A stretch of 30,856 nt of DNA, taken from positions 1-30,856 of IMG/VR virus record IMGVR_UViG_3300027566_000342. One strand, given 5' to 3'. The notes under the pieces are model-generated. The model searched no databases and was not told the origin of the DNA. It saw only the letters and a program-made list of their open reading frames with translations. This document shows positions 17,920 through 27,173 of the stretch, in pieces (position 1 is the stretch's first letter; every line of letters begins with the position of its first letter). This stretch comes from a virus. Its lineage: Duplodnaviria; Caudoviricetes. The position numbers were made by a program, and so were the translations under genes.

Positions 17920-19713
17920 CTATTTTGTTCCCCTTTCACTGAGGGATTTTCTAATTTCCTTTGCCTTTTCAGCGTGTTTGTCTGCCATTTTCTGCATCTC
18001 ATTCTCATCGGTGCGTGGTAGTTTACCAGCTGGAATGTACTTGGATGCTACTTTCCAACCCCTCATGGCAGTTTTGATACAGGTGTCAGGGTCTTCTTTG
18101 AGTTCATCCTCGGTGAAATCTTCCTCTTTTTCCAGGAATTTCAGGAGGTCTTCCTCGGTTTTCACATCTTCATTGCCCAGGTCCTGGGTTTTCTTCAGGG
18201 CTTTAGTTACGAGGTCGTCGTGTTCCTGTTTGGATATAGTTTCTTCACGTTTACCAACGGTCTTTTCTAGAGATTTGATTTTCTCTTTGTCTTCCTTGCG
18301 TTCGGCCTCGAACTCTTTCTTAATGTCCTCTTTCTGAGTGTCTAACATCTTTTGAACATCGTCTTTTGATATCATGTTTTTATTCACCTGTACACTGGTT
18401 GATGGGGTGGGGTTTCCACCAGGATCTCCCTCAGAGTCTTCAACTCCAAGGATAGATTTCAGGAATTTCTTCCCATCATCACTCAGGCTTTTTATTTTGT
18501 CTACTAATTTCTCATCCATCTCTTCCGGGATTGTTTCATCTACTTTGGTCAAATTACCGCCTCCGTTTGGTTTATCTGATTTAAGTATCCATGCAGCTTT
18601 TTCAATCATTTTAGTTACAATTTGGTTAGTTGCAGGTACTGGGTCACCTAGTTGAACTTCATCTTCCATACTGGTGTCCCGGGTGTATGGAATCTGATAT
18701 AAATCTCCAGAGTCTGTTGAAATGATAATTGATTCTGGCATGGTGTATCTGAGATAACACTCTCGTTTGATCCAGCCACCTTCCATTGTCTCGCCATATT
18801 TCTGGTCTAAAGCTTCGTTGATATCGTTCCTTACGGACTCGTAAGCTTCTTCCACGTTGATTACAGATTTTTTCACATTGTTACCCTCCGGGTTTTCAAT
18901 TTCTAATGATTTCATGATTTGAGTGCACATAGGACAGATTTTTGAAACATCACTTGCTGTTCTTCTAGTATCCCATGCAGCAGGAGTGTCTGTTAATGCA
19001 GCACGCATAAGGAAAACATCATCAATCTTAGTGATTCCTGTCCCATCATCTTCGAGAAATGCTGTTCCTTTTCCATAGATACTGCCCCCCAAATAACTGC
19101 CAGAATTTTCTAAATCTCTTATGGTTTTCTCCCATTCTTCCCTAACTCTTAGATCAACCCATAATTGTTTAGATTCATCAATCCACCCATCAGTAACAGG
19201 ACCTATGATTGATTTTAATCCTTTTTGATGTGAATCATCAATATTAATTCCTTTTAATTCATTCCCTTGAACATTCAATCCTTTAATTTGATTTAACATG
19301 CTTTCCAGAGCATTTTCAGTCATCTGGTCATTCTGTAAATCAGGTTGGGCTGTACTTATCGCAAATTGAGTGTGATAATAGCCATCATCACCTTCATAGC
19401 CTTTGATTAAAGGCATGGTGAAATTGAAATCTTTATTTAACAAAGCATTCTTCATGATTGATTTCTCCTTATAATTGTCTAACCACTCCCGGGCTGTTTC
19501 TTCCGTGAATTTAGAAGTATCAAAAAGGTAATCAATATCCTCTGATTTCCCACTCCCCCGGAGTAATCCTCGTCTGGCCGTAACACCTGCACCATGGTTG
19601 GTGGTGCCTGTGATGTTGATGTCACCTTTATTATTCCGTCTGAAATCAGACAGTGGATGGTTCGGGTTGGATAAGATGATATAATCATCAGTCTTGGCTG
19701 TTTTGATAAACAT
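17920..19713 (-). CDS. Prohead protease-scaffold fusion protein
   Basis: ST..PDLQND, DSH (putative catalytic His), GGSIYG (putative Ser) and ALTDTPA motifs of HK97-type proteases; highly charged coiled-coil C-terminal third. Confidence 0.85.
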   Translation of the reverse strand: MFIKTAKTDDYIILSNPNHPLSDFRRNNKGDINITGTTNHGAGVTARRGLLRGSGKSEDIDYLFDTSKFTEETAREWLDNYKEKSIMKNALLNKDFNFTMPLIKGYEGDDGYYHTQFAISTAQPDLQNDQMTENALESMLNQIKGLNVQGNELKGINIDDSHQKGLKSIIGPVTDGWIDESKQLWVDLRVREEWEKTIRDLENSGSYLGGSIYGKGTAFLEDDGTGITKIDDVFLMRAALTDTPAAWDTRRTASDVSKICPMCTQIMKSLEIENPEGNNVKKSVINVEEAYESVRNDINEALDQKYGETMEGGWIKRECYLRYTMPESIIISTDSGDLYQIPYTRDTSMEDEVQLGDPVPATNQIVTKMIEKAAWILKSDKPNGGGNLTKVDETIPEEMDEKLVDKIKSLSDDGKKFLKSILGVEDSEGDPGGNPTPSTSVQVNKNMISKDDVQKMLDTQKEDIKKEFEAERKEDKEKIKSLEKTVGKREETISKQEHDDLVTKALKKTQDLGNEDVKTEEDLLKFLEKEEDFTEDELKEDPDTCIKTAMRGWKVASKYIPAGKLPRTDENEMQKMADKHAEKAKEIRKSLSERGTK

Positions 19714-19759
19714 AAGCTAATGGACTCCTTAAAAAATAAGATATTAAAATAAATATTAT

Positions 19760-20509
19760 TCAAGATTGGAAGAACTGGAATACTTTTTTAAACAAATTCC
19801 TCAGCTTTTTACTGGCCATCTGGGTGAAACTATCATCAACACCACCCATACTAATCCCATCATCAACTTCACCAGGTAAGATGATAATTGGATCTCCAGG
19901 TTCACACCTGCAACCATAATGTGGTGGTTCTGGGAATTCATCAGGACGATATGGGCCTTTAGCTTCAAGTTCAAGACAATCTTCACAAGTACTATCATCA
20001 CCCACAGTGACCCATGGAATCAGGACAGATTCATTATAATAGGCTTCAAGTTTCCCATTTTTCTCTGCTTCCACCCCACCAAACATTCCCATCTGGTCAG
20101 CGATTCGGGACTGATTGCTGAATGATATATTTTCCACAGTATTCGGATCCATCATCCGACTATACTGTTTGGCCTCCTCCATCATCTGATTAAGATGAGA
20201 CAATTCCTCAGGGGAGAAAGTAACAGCCTGCTCAATTGCGGGGAGGGATTGTTCTGGGATGATTGCTGTGATGTAATCCAGGCTTTCAATAGTGGCAGTG
20301 GATGTTTCACCAGTACTGGCCAGCACCGTCTCCATTTCAGTGGATGATAATGAGCCGAGAATGTCTGTGAGTGCAATGATACCTGCAGTTGCACCTATGA
20401 AAAGAAGTGAGTTATCTGATTCATCTGAAGCTTTGTTGAAGGTTGAATCGTATTCTTCTTCAAACTCATATTCATCTTCAAGGTCAACCCGTTTTTTTCT
20501 TCGAACCAT
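19760..20509 (-). CDS. Minor head morphogenesis protein (MuF/SPP1 gp7-like C-terminal domain)
   Basis: W.TVGDD.TC.DC...PPHYGCRC signature; ATG at 20509 preceded by GAGGA (alternative TTG at 20521). Confidence 0.8.
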   Translation of the reverse strand: MVRRKKRVDLEDEYEFEEEYDSTFNKASDESDNSLLFIGATAGIIALTDILGSLSSTEMETVLASTGETSTATIESLDYITAIIPEQSLPAIEQAVTFSPEELSHLNQMMEEAKQYSRMMDPNTVENISFSNQSRIADQMGMFGGVEAEKNGKLEAYYNESVLIPWVTVGDDSTCEDCLELEAKGPYRPDEFPEPPHYGCRCEPGDPIIILPGEVDDGISMGGVDDSFTQMASKKLRNLFKKVFQFFQS

Positions 20510-21047
20510 AGGCTTCCTCAAAGTATTTTCTTCCTAAACGTTCATTTTTCAAATCCAATTGAATAGTTGTACCTATTTTTTCAATACTAAACTTCTGCCA
20601 GGCGAGTAATGCTTCCCGGGTTGGCTGGGATTTAGGAACTTTCGGATTTTTAATACCGAGTTTTTTAAGTTTCTTAATAGCAAGTTCCAAGTTTTTATCA
20701 TAGATCAGATTCACATGTTCAGCTGCTATTGTCTGGCCTTCCTCGATGAATTCAGTGATGAGAGTATTGATTTCTGATTCAACCTTATCTTCATCCCTGG
20801 AGGTGTCAACTTCTTTAACATTTTTGTATAATTTTTGGAGCAGATCCTGCAATGCTTGACGATATCTGAGTTCATCCTTACTAGCCGTGCCTTCACCCAG
20901 ATTCTTATTAGCTTTAAAATTAGGTGTACCAGGGTCCGCAGCTTTGGAAATGATACCTGCATCATATAGTAGTGAATGGAAGAAATCTTTATCTGAGAGA
21001 ACTTTTCCTTTCAATTCTTCTTCTAGTTCTTGGCAACGGTCACACAT
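20484..21047 (-). CDS. Helical hypothetical protein, possibly the N-terminal part of a split MuF/gp7
   Basis: 187 aa between the portal and MuF-motif genes; N-terminal CxxC; overlaps the next gene. Confidence 0.7.
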   Translation of the reverse strand: MCDRCQELEEELKGKVLSDKDFFHSLLYDAGIISKAADPGTPNFKANKNLGEGTASKDELRYRQALQDLLQKLYKNVKEVDTSRDEDKVESEINTLITEFIEEGQTIAAEHVNLIYDKNLELAIKKLKKLGIKNPKVPKSQPTREALLAWQKFSIEKIGTTIQLDLKNERLGRKYFEEAYGSKKKTG

Positions 21048-21109
21048 AGCATCAGCTCATGGGGGTTATTTTTTTTAAGAATCAGATTATCGAAAAAGAA
21101 AGAAAAAGT

Positions 21110-22543
21110 TTAGAAGAACTTGACAAGGCCACGTTTTTCAAGGTACTGGTCCACTGATTTGACCAGGTTAGGATCCACTTTTTTCTCCTGGACAGGGGTA
21201 GTATAAGATGGGGTTGTGGTCTGGTTTTGTGGCATTGGATCCAGATCCTTCCAGGCATCTCCTCCCATGTTGGGTTCCATGATCATTCCCATCCATTCTC
21301 GGATGTCTGGTCTGCTTATACTGTTTGTGGGCCAGATATTGCTAATAATCTGAGATAATTTGAGTAAATCTTTACTGAGGAAGGGATTGTATTGGACCTC
21401 CAGGTAACCTTCATTGATTTCATTTTGGAATAATATTTCCTGGGCTGTGTTTTCAATAATTGGTGTGAACACCCTGTCCCTGACACCGTTATTCATCACA
21501 TTCACGAATACATCGTTCAGGGTTTCCAGGGTGTCCCGGTTCACATATTGAGCGAATAAAAGTAAAGGTAATGGAACTTTTTGTTTGAATGCGATTGACT
21601 CCAGTGTTTGCCTTTCCAGGTCGGATAGTTTAACTTCTTTACCGGCCCAGCTGGATTGTTCGACTTTCTCCCAATCCATATTTACAACAGTACCGCCTTC
21701 TTTCTCCTGTTTCCGGTAGAACTCTGCAGTGTCATCCATGTATTTCTGGGCCTCAACTGGGTCTTCTTTTATTTTCTGACCATACTCTGTTCCAGCTATC
21801 TTTTCACTGTCAATGGTGACTATTCGGTGCATATGGGAGTATATTCTTGCCAGGCTTCCACGGTGATGGGGGAACCCGGCCAGGGTTCTGAGGTCTGTGA
21901 TGGAATTGTTCAGGTCACTGTTTCCGTAGGTGCTGTGCTTTGCGAAGGGATTGTTGGTGATATAGATTACTCGGTCCTGTTCAATTGGCACTGTTCCAGG
22001 GGTTCCTACTTCACCTGTAACTTGCTGAACGAATGGTTCTATACCTGCACGGTCTGCCATGACCTTCCTAAGGCTGGCATCGGTGAGTGTCATTGGGTTG
22101 ATGCTGTCGGCTCCGGTGATTTTTTCGTTTTTGTTGAAATAGAAATCACCATTCAAGTCATAAGTTTTAACTAAACATGCACGGCCCAGTGTACGGTAAA
22201 ACATGTCAAGTTCCATCATTGTCCCATGGAAGTCCATTTTCTTGAATCTTTCATCAACTATCTTCTTAGCTTCCTGGCCATCTTCCTCATCCCGGAAGCC
22301 TTTGGGTTTTAAAGTCCAACCTACACCGAGCTCCACATACATCTTGATATCTATGAATGGCCCGGCACCTCCACGGAGGTAATGGACTAGTAGTTCTGCT
22401 TCACTGGGAACAGGATAATCTGCTACTTGTCTGTATGCCCAGGTTCTGAAGTGGGGGTCGTACCTGCGCATGGCCCGGCTGAGTTGATCAACTACAGTGT
22501 TGCTCATCACAGGGGGGTTCATTTGTCGTTTATTTTCTGGCAT
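21110..22543 (-). CDS. Portal protein
   Basis: 477 aa directly after terL; G.A.L, INP.TL, YG.S.L, VP..LL and terminal S..DIREWMG patterns typical of portals. Confidence 0.85.
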   Translation of the reverse strand: MPENKRQMNPPVMSNTVVDQLSRAMRRYDPHFRTWAYRQVADYPVPSEAELLVHYLRGGAGPFIDIKMYVELGVGWTLKPKGFRDEEDGQEAKKIVDERFKKMDFHGTMMELDMFYRTLGRACLVKTYDLNGDFYFNKNEKITGADSINPMTLTDASLRKVMADRAGIEPFVQQVTGEVGTPGTVPIEQDRVIYITNNPFAKHSTYGNSDLNNSITDLRTLAGFPHHRGSLARIYSHMHRIVTIDSEKIAGTEYGQKIKEDPVEAQKYMDDTAEFYRKQEKEGGTVVNMDWEKVEQSSWAGKEVKLSDLERQTLESIAFKQKVPLPLLLFAQYVNRDTLETLNDVFVNVMNNGVRDRVFTPIIENTAQEILFQNEINEGYLEVQYNPFLSKDLLKLSQIISNIWPTNSISRPDIREWMGMIMEPNMGGDAWKDLDPMPQNQTTTPSYTTPVQEKKVDPNLVKSVDQYLEKRGLVKFF

Positions 22544-22545
22544 GA

Positions 22546-24111
22546 TTATCGTCTGCTCCTAAGGTGTGGGTTGAATGGTATACGTTCGGGTGGTTGTTCA
22601 CCATAGAATAATTCGTTTAATCCTCCGCTGAGGGTGTCCACCTGGTCATCGTGGATTCCCTTGGTAGGGAATGATGATATTTCATTAATGAATGTGGTTA
22701 TCCAGCTTGCTCCTTCTCGTATTTTCAGGTGGCCATGTTTTATGAAACTAACAAATGCTCTAGCCCGGTCTAGTTTGCTTTTTCGTTGTACGTTGTGGCC
22801 TTCAAAGTCAAATCCGGGGAGGTATTTGCTGAAGGTGTTCATCACGTAACTGGCTGATGCTCCACCTTCTTTTTCTATCCGGATCTTGACATTAATCCGA
22901 CCATATTTTTCTGCATCTTCCCGGGCAGTTTCCAGGATAAGTTCTTCAGCTTCATCTGCATCTTTTCGGAATCTTACAATATCTTCAAGGTAAACTTTAC
23001 CAGATTCACCCAGGCCCAGGAGCATTCCCACGGTCCAATCTGCTCCTCCCTGTTTGGTGTCATCTTCTTCCTCGGTTGCGGCCAGATCCCAGAACCTTAC
23101 CCATTGAAGTATTTTTTCAGTGATAACTTCATAGAGCCTGTTGGCCTTGGTGAACCATTTCCGTTTGAAGAGTTTACCCTCGGGGATGGCATTCCAATCA
23201 CCATGCTTCCACTGCCTCCACAATACAGGGTCACTGTCTTCAATCTCAATAAAAATCTCTTCATATTTATCATGGTCCAGGTAAGGGTTGTCAGTGTATT
23301 TACTGTCAATGAACAGGCCCGGACCATCAATGAATCTTTCCTTGAAATAATCATGACTAATACCACCCGGGTTACCTGTGAAAATAATCCTTATCGGGAG
23401 AGGGTCATTGATTTTTTTACGATTGGAACCTTTTATTCTGGTGATCTTGTATTCCGTGAAAAGTACAGCTTCATCGAAAATTAGTAAATGGAATTCACTG
23501 CCCTGGTATTTGTCAGCATCCTTGTTATACTGAACATGGGCAAACTTAACCTTAGCACCACTGGGGAAGATGAAAACCTTATCAGCTTTATCCCAACGTG
23601 GAGCAATACCTGCCTCTTCAAGTAGGGGATTCCTGTCTTTACTCAGCCAGTCCAAGGCCCGGTCCATTATGGCCCCCGGTGCTGAAAGGTCAGGGTAAGT
23701 TAATCTGAAGATACCAGCTTTCCATTGAGGATAATCAACATATTGAAGTGCAGCTATGAGGCTGGCCTCAGACTTACCACCACCACGAGCACCACCATAC
23801 AAAGTGGACCCATTAGTAACTAGGAGTAATATCTGTTGAAAAAATGGAACAACAGGAATATACGCATTCAGAATAACCGTATCATAAAAATTATCCTTCT
23901 CATCCCGGGACAAAGACTGCCAAAGACACCTAACCCGATCATCAACCTCGTACTGCTTCTCCCAAACAGTAATCTTCCAATCAATCAGATCTTCAATACT
24001 ATTTATCGCCGGCTGCTGCTTCTGGATCGTTCTCAGTTCCAGGTTCACCCTGGCCTGCAACTCCTCCGAGTTCGGGATGGCCACTGTCAACGCTGTCATG
24101 CTCTGCCTCAA
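22546..24111 (-). CDS. terL: Terminase large subunit
   Basis: Walker A YGGARGGGKS, Walker B LLIFDEA, coupling motif TGNPGG, RNase H-like nuclease WDLA...DWTVG...E...HDDQVD; the start may be the ATG at 24099. Confidence 0.96.
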   Translation of the reverse strand: MRQSMTALTVAIPNSEELQARVNLELRTIQKQQPAINSIEDLIDWKITVWEKQYEVDDRVRCLWQSLSRDEKDNFYDTVILNAYIPVVPFFQQILLLVTNGSTLYGGARGGGKSEASLIAALQYVDYPQWKAGIFRLTYPDLSAPGAIMDRALDWLSKDRNPLLEEAGIAPRWDKADKVFIFPSGAKVKFAHVQYNKDADKYQGSEFHLLIFDEAVLFTEYKITRIKGSNRKKINDPLPIRIIFTGNPGGISHDYFKERFIDGPGLFIDSKYTDNPYLDHDKYEEIFIEIEDSDPVLWRQWKHGDWNAIPEGKLFKRKWFTKANRLYEVITEKILQWVRFWDLAATEEEDDTKQGGADWTVGMLLGLGESGKVYLEDIVRFRKDADEAEELILETAREDAEKYGRINVKIRIEKEGGASASYVMNTFSKYLPGFDFEGHNVQRKSKLDRARAFVSFIKHGHLKIREGASWITTFINEISSFPTKGIHDDQVDTLSGGLNELFYGEQPPERIPFNPHLRSRR

Positions 24112-24553
24112 TCCGCCGCAGCCGTTCTAATCCCTGGGCCTTAATATCAAAAGTACCCGTGACCGAAGTCTCAGTCTTATCAGTAGCCTCATCCTGTAAA
24201 AGTAATGCCAATTTCACAATCTTATCAACATCACTAACCGATTTAATCTCAACCGGAGCCTCACCAGCATCCACCTTAGCCTTCCAATCATTGAACAACT
24301 TATGAACATAGGACAAGTAATTGGCTTTATTGTCTGCAATGGAAATGTTGGTCTTCTCTTCCACCCGTTTACCAACATCAATGTTGCGCAAGTGGACCCT
24401 TTCTTTCCATCCTAATTTTTTATACCAATTCCAAAAGGTCCGTTCAGATATCTGAAACTTATCTGCAACTAAACTGCAATTTTCTGCAGATGCGGCACCA
24501 CCCAGCTGGTAAAAATAATCAAAAGCATCAATGTGTTTCTGTTTCTCCCTCAT
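23999..24553 (-). CDS. terS: Terminase small subunit (HTH)
   Basis: AF.YF...VADKFQISERTFWNWYKKLGWKER helix-turn-helix; directly upstream of and overlapping terL. Confidence 0.75.
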   Translation of the reverse strand: MREKQKHIDAFDYFYQLGGAASAENCSLVADKFQISERTFWNWYKKLGWKERVHLRNIDVGKRVEEKTNISIADNKANYLSYVHKLFNDWKAKVDAGEAPVEIKSVSDVDKIVKLALLLQDEATDKTETSVTGTFDIKAQGLERLRRIEAEHDSVDSGHPELGGVAGQGEPGTENDPEAAAGDK

Positions 24554-24670
24554 AGTATCCCCTTCTTTTCTGCTGATTAGTTCTCTTATGCTCTACGACG
24601 CTGCTTAAGACCCAGATCATAGATCATATGGATCCTAGGAGGGATTCCTTATTGTTTTAAAATACTTGCA

Positions 24671-24974
24671 GATGAAAGAATATGAACACGACCAGGGATA
24701 CGTGCGAGAAAACATACTGATCTATGTAGATCCTGACTTGGAAGAAGAAAAATATCAAAAAGTCCAGAACATGATGTATGGTTACACTGGAAACAATGGT
24801 GAAGTAATAGACATTAAAATCTTTAAAAATGAAGAAGGCCCTGGAGCAACAATCTGGATGGTGATAATATGCTTCAAAAGTCTACTAAGGCTTCTAAAAG
24901 TTTCTGATGAAAATTATTCACAATTTATTCAGAAACATAAGAATGCTTTTACTGATTATTACAATAATATTTAA
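24671..24974 (+). CDS. Hypothetical protein (accessory)
   Basis: About 100 aa ORF on the opposite strand; ATG near 24672 (the track starts at TTG 24666); no motif recognised. Confidence 0.6.
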
Positions 24975-25019
24975 ATGATATTATTAAATTGTTAAATAAT
25001 GTTATAATGGAGATATTAA

Positions 25020-25418
25020 ATGATTCATTGGGAAAAAATATTGATAGGTTCAATTTTAGCAGTGATTCTTTGCCTGATTTTTCTTATTGGTTTAAATGAA
25101 TTGGGATTCAGAAAAGTAGGATATATGGTTCCAATAGCTTTCTTCCTAGTGAGTTTATTTGCCGGATACACTACTGATGGAAAATATGCTAAGGAAGGAG
25201 CAATAACAGGATTATTGATTGGGTTAATTGGGGGTTCCATTTGTGCAATACTTGGTCAGTTAGCTTATTTTTTTGATGGCATTAATGTACCTATAAACGC
25301 AATGATAATAATTATAATGAGTAATACATTATTTAATGGAATAGTTAGTGCTTTTGGTGGGCTAATCGGTATTATTTTAAGATTTGCGCACGTTAAGAAC
25401 CATAATGATTCAATATAA
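25020..25418 (+). CDS. Four-TM membrane protein, DUF5518-like
   Basis: W..ILIG..LA start, AGY......KEGAI.G...GLIGG and FGGLIG glycine motifs characteristic of this methanogen membrane family; GGAG RBS. Confidence 0.7.
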   Translation: MIHWEKILIGSILAVILCLIFLIGLNELGFRKVGYMVPIAFFLVSLFAGYTTDGKYAKEGAITGLLIGLIGGSICAILGQLAYFFDGINVPINAMIIIIMSNTLFNGIVSAFGGLIGIILRFAHVKNHNDSI

Positions 25419-25442
25419 GGATTAAAACAACTTGTCTTTTTA

Positions 25443-26660
25443 TTATTTCACCAATTGAACTTTTTGTCCTGTAAATTCTTCCCATCTGTTGATAATCACA
25501 TCACAGTAGTGCGGATCCAGTTCCATTATATAACACTGTTTTTTAAGTTGTTCACAGGCCATGAGGGTTGATCCACTTCCTCCAAATAAATCAAGAACTG
25601 TATTAGTGTTATGGTTAGAAATAGCCCTAGCAGCTAATGCAATTGGTTTTTGAGTTGGGTGGTACTCGTTCTTTTGACTACGTTCAATATCCCATACCGT
25701 GATTTCATTTGAGGGGCCATTCCAATTAACAGTGTAACCTTCTTTGTAACAATAGTAACAAGGTTCATGTTTTTGTTTGTATTGCGCACCTAAGGCTCCA
25801 TATTGGGCCTGGTTTTTGTTCCAGATAATTTCACATCGAATTTTATAACCTGCAGCAGTTGCAGCAGTTGCAGCTGCACTCGCTTTAACGCCAGCGTGCC
25901 ATAAATATAATGGAGCTTCATTTGTTGAAAATTTGGCAGCCATTTTACAACAGGGCATATAAAGATCTGTAGATTCATCCCCTTTCAATTTTTTACGAGG
26001 AGTCATCGCACCCCCTGAATAATCCACCCCATAAGGAGGATCTGTGAAAACCATATCTACAAGTTGCCCATCCATCAACTTTTTAACATCCTCTAGTTTG
26101 GTGCTGTTCCCACACATTAATCGATGCATTCCCAACTGCCATATGTCTCCTTTTTGGCAGATGCTTTCTGTAACTTTATCTTGATCAAACTGATCTTCAA
26201 TAATATCATTCGGCTTTTCTAATTTGCTTTTAATTTCTCGAAGTTCTGTATCTTCAAAACCAGTTAATGCTGTATCAAATCCTGCGATTTCTAAGTTATG
26301 TTGTAGTGGTTGAAGTTTACCATAATTCCAATTAGATAATTCTGCAAGTTTATTATCAGAGAGCATCAATGCAATTGCTTCAGATGAACTGTGAATATGT
26401 TCTACTCTACGGTAAGGGACCTTTTTTTGATGTAAGATATCAGTGGCGGCTTCATAAGCTCCATGGCCAATGAGAATGTAATTATCTTGGCTGATAATTA
26501 TTGGACGTCCCCAATCCAATTCATCAATACTTCTGGCTATTTTCTGGATCTGTTCTGGTGTGTGTTCGTTGGGATTATCAGGGTGTGGTTTTATTTTATC
26601 CACAGCAATCCAGGGTGTCTTCTCAGTCAAAATTCTTTCTCCATGATAAATTTTTTCCAT
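25443..26660 (-). CDS. ParB-like N-terminal domain fused to an N6-adenine/N4-cytosine DNA methyltransferase (beta class)
   Basis: IKPHPDNPNEH...PIII...ILIGHG (ParB/Srx-like); GDIWQLG.HRLMCG.S, FTDPPYG, HPTQKP and LDLFGGSGSTL motifs; typical position upstream of the terminase. Confidence 0.92.
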   Translation of the reverse strand: MEKIYHGERILTEKTPWIAVDKIKPHPDNPNEHTPEQIQKIARSIDELDWGRPIIISQDNYILIGHGAYEAATDILHQKKVPYRRVEHIHSSSEAIALMLSDNKLAELSNWNYGKLQPLQHNLEIAGFDTALTGFEDTELREIKSKLEKPNDIIEDQFDQDKVTESICQKGDIWQLGMHRLMCGNSTKLEDVKKLMDGQLVDMVFTDPPYGVDYSGGAMTPRKKLKGDESTDLYMPCCKMAAKFSTNEAPLYLWHAGVKASAAATAATAAGYKIRCEIIWNKNQAQYGALGAQYKQKHEPCYYCYKEGYTVNWNGPSNEITVWDIERSQKNEYHPTQKPIALAARAISNHNTNTVLDLFGGSGSTLMACEQLKKQCYIMELDPHYCDVIINRWEEFTGQKVQLVK

Positions 26661-27053
26661 ACTTCAGAGAATTAGCTTATTTGTCATGATTAATTTTAAT
26701 AAATTGAGTATTGAGAATACATTAACGTCAATAAAAACTTACTTATATGAATGGTAATAAGGTAGGTCTGCTTACCAAAATGCTCCATTTTCTGAGGGAA
26801 CTTCATTTTAAACTAAGAATTAGTTAAAATATTGCACTTGAAAAGTATCAACATGTCATTTACTAAACAATCAGAACAGTTTGGAGGATAGCAAAGTTTA
26901 ATAATAAAAGAAGGTAATAGGATAAATTATGTAAAATGAAGAAAAGAAGTAGAAAAGATGGGGTATTAAGGGGAAGATGCAGCAACATCTATCCCCCATA
27001 ATTCCAAAAACGTCCATAACAAATTGTTGGAGCAAAATTGTCAGGACTTAACT

Positions 27054-27085
27054 TATGCTAAAAAATATGCTAACACCCCTTAGCA
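27054..27085. promoter_or_regulatory. Candidate operator: TATGCTAA direct repeat plus TGCTAA-N6-TTAGCA palindrome
   Basis: TATGCTAA at 27054 and 27066; TTAGCA at 27080; located in the 513 bp divergent intergenic region. Confidence 0.45.
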
Positions 27086-27173
27086 ATTAAAAGTTAAAGT
27101 TCATAATATTTAAAATTTTGGGATTAATAATTCTCCATAAATATCTACTTTTTTTAAATGGAGGTATTATTAA

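Larger units (their letters stand above)
480..26660 (-). mobile_element. Morphogenesis/packaging module of a tailed archaeal virus or provirus (siphovirus-like; probable Methanobacteriaceae host); the element probably extends beyond these coordinates
   Basis: Co-oriented, tightly packed genes in canonical order terS-terL-portal-MuF-protease-decoration-MCP-connectors-tail tube-chaperone-tape measure-tail tip. No sheath gene recognised. No integrase or att site seen, so provirus versus free virus is undecided. Confidence 0.95.

Noticed and set aside
993-24144. Many short + strand ORFs antisense to the structural genes (e.g. 6124..6408, 8614..8988, 17978..18337, 21656..22174)
   Set aside because: They lie fully antisense to well-supported genes, have the Ser/Phe-rich composition typical of shadow frames, and show no recognisable motifs.
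25851-25877. 9 bp tandem repeat encoding AAATAATAA in the methyltransferase, as a phase-variation tract
   Set aside because: The unit is a multiple of three, there are only about three imperfect copies, and the frame is intact; it is explained by an Ala-rich helix.
26863-26988. 41-aa hydrophobic minus-strand ORF (MLLHLPLNTPSFLLLFF...)
   Set aside because: The hydrophobicity follows trivially from the purine-rich + strand, the RBS spacing is poor, and there is no other support.
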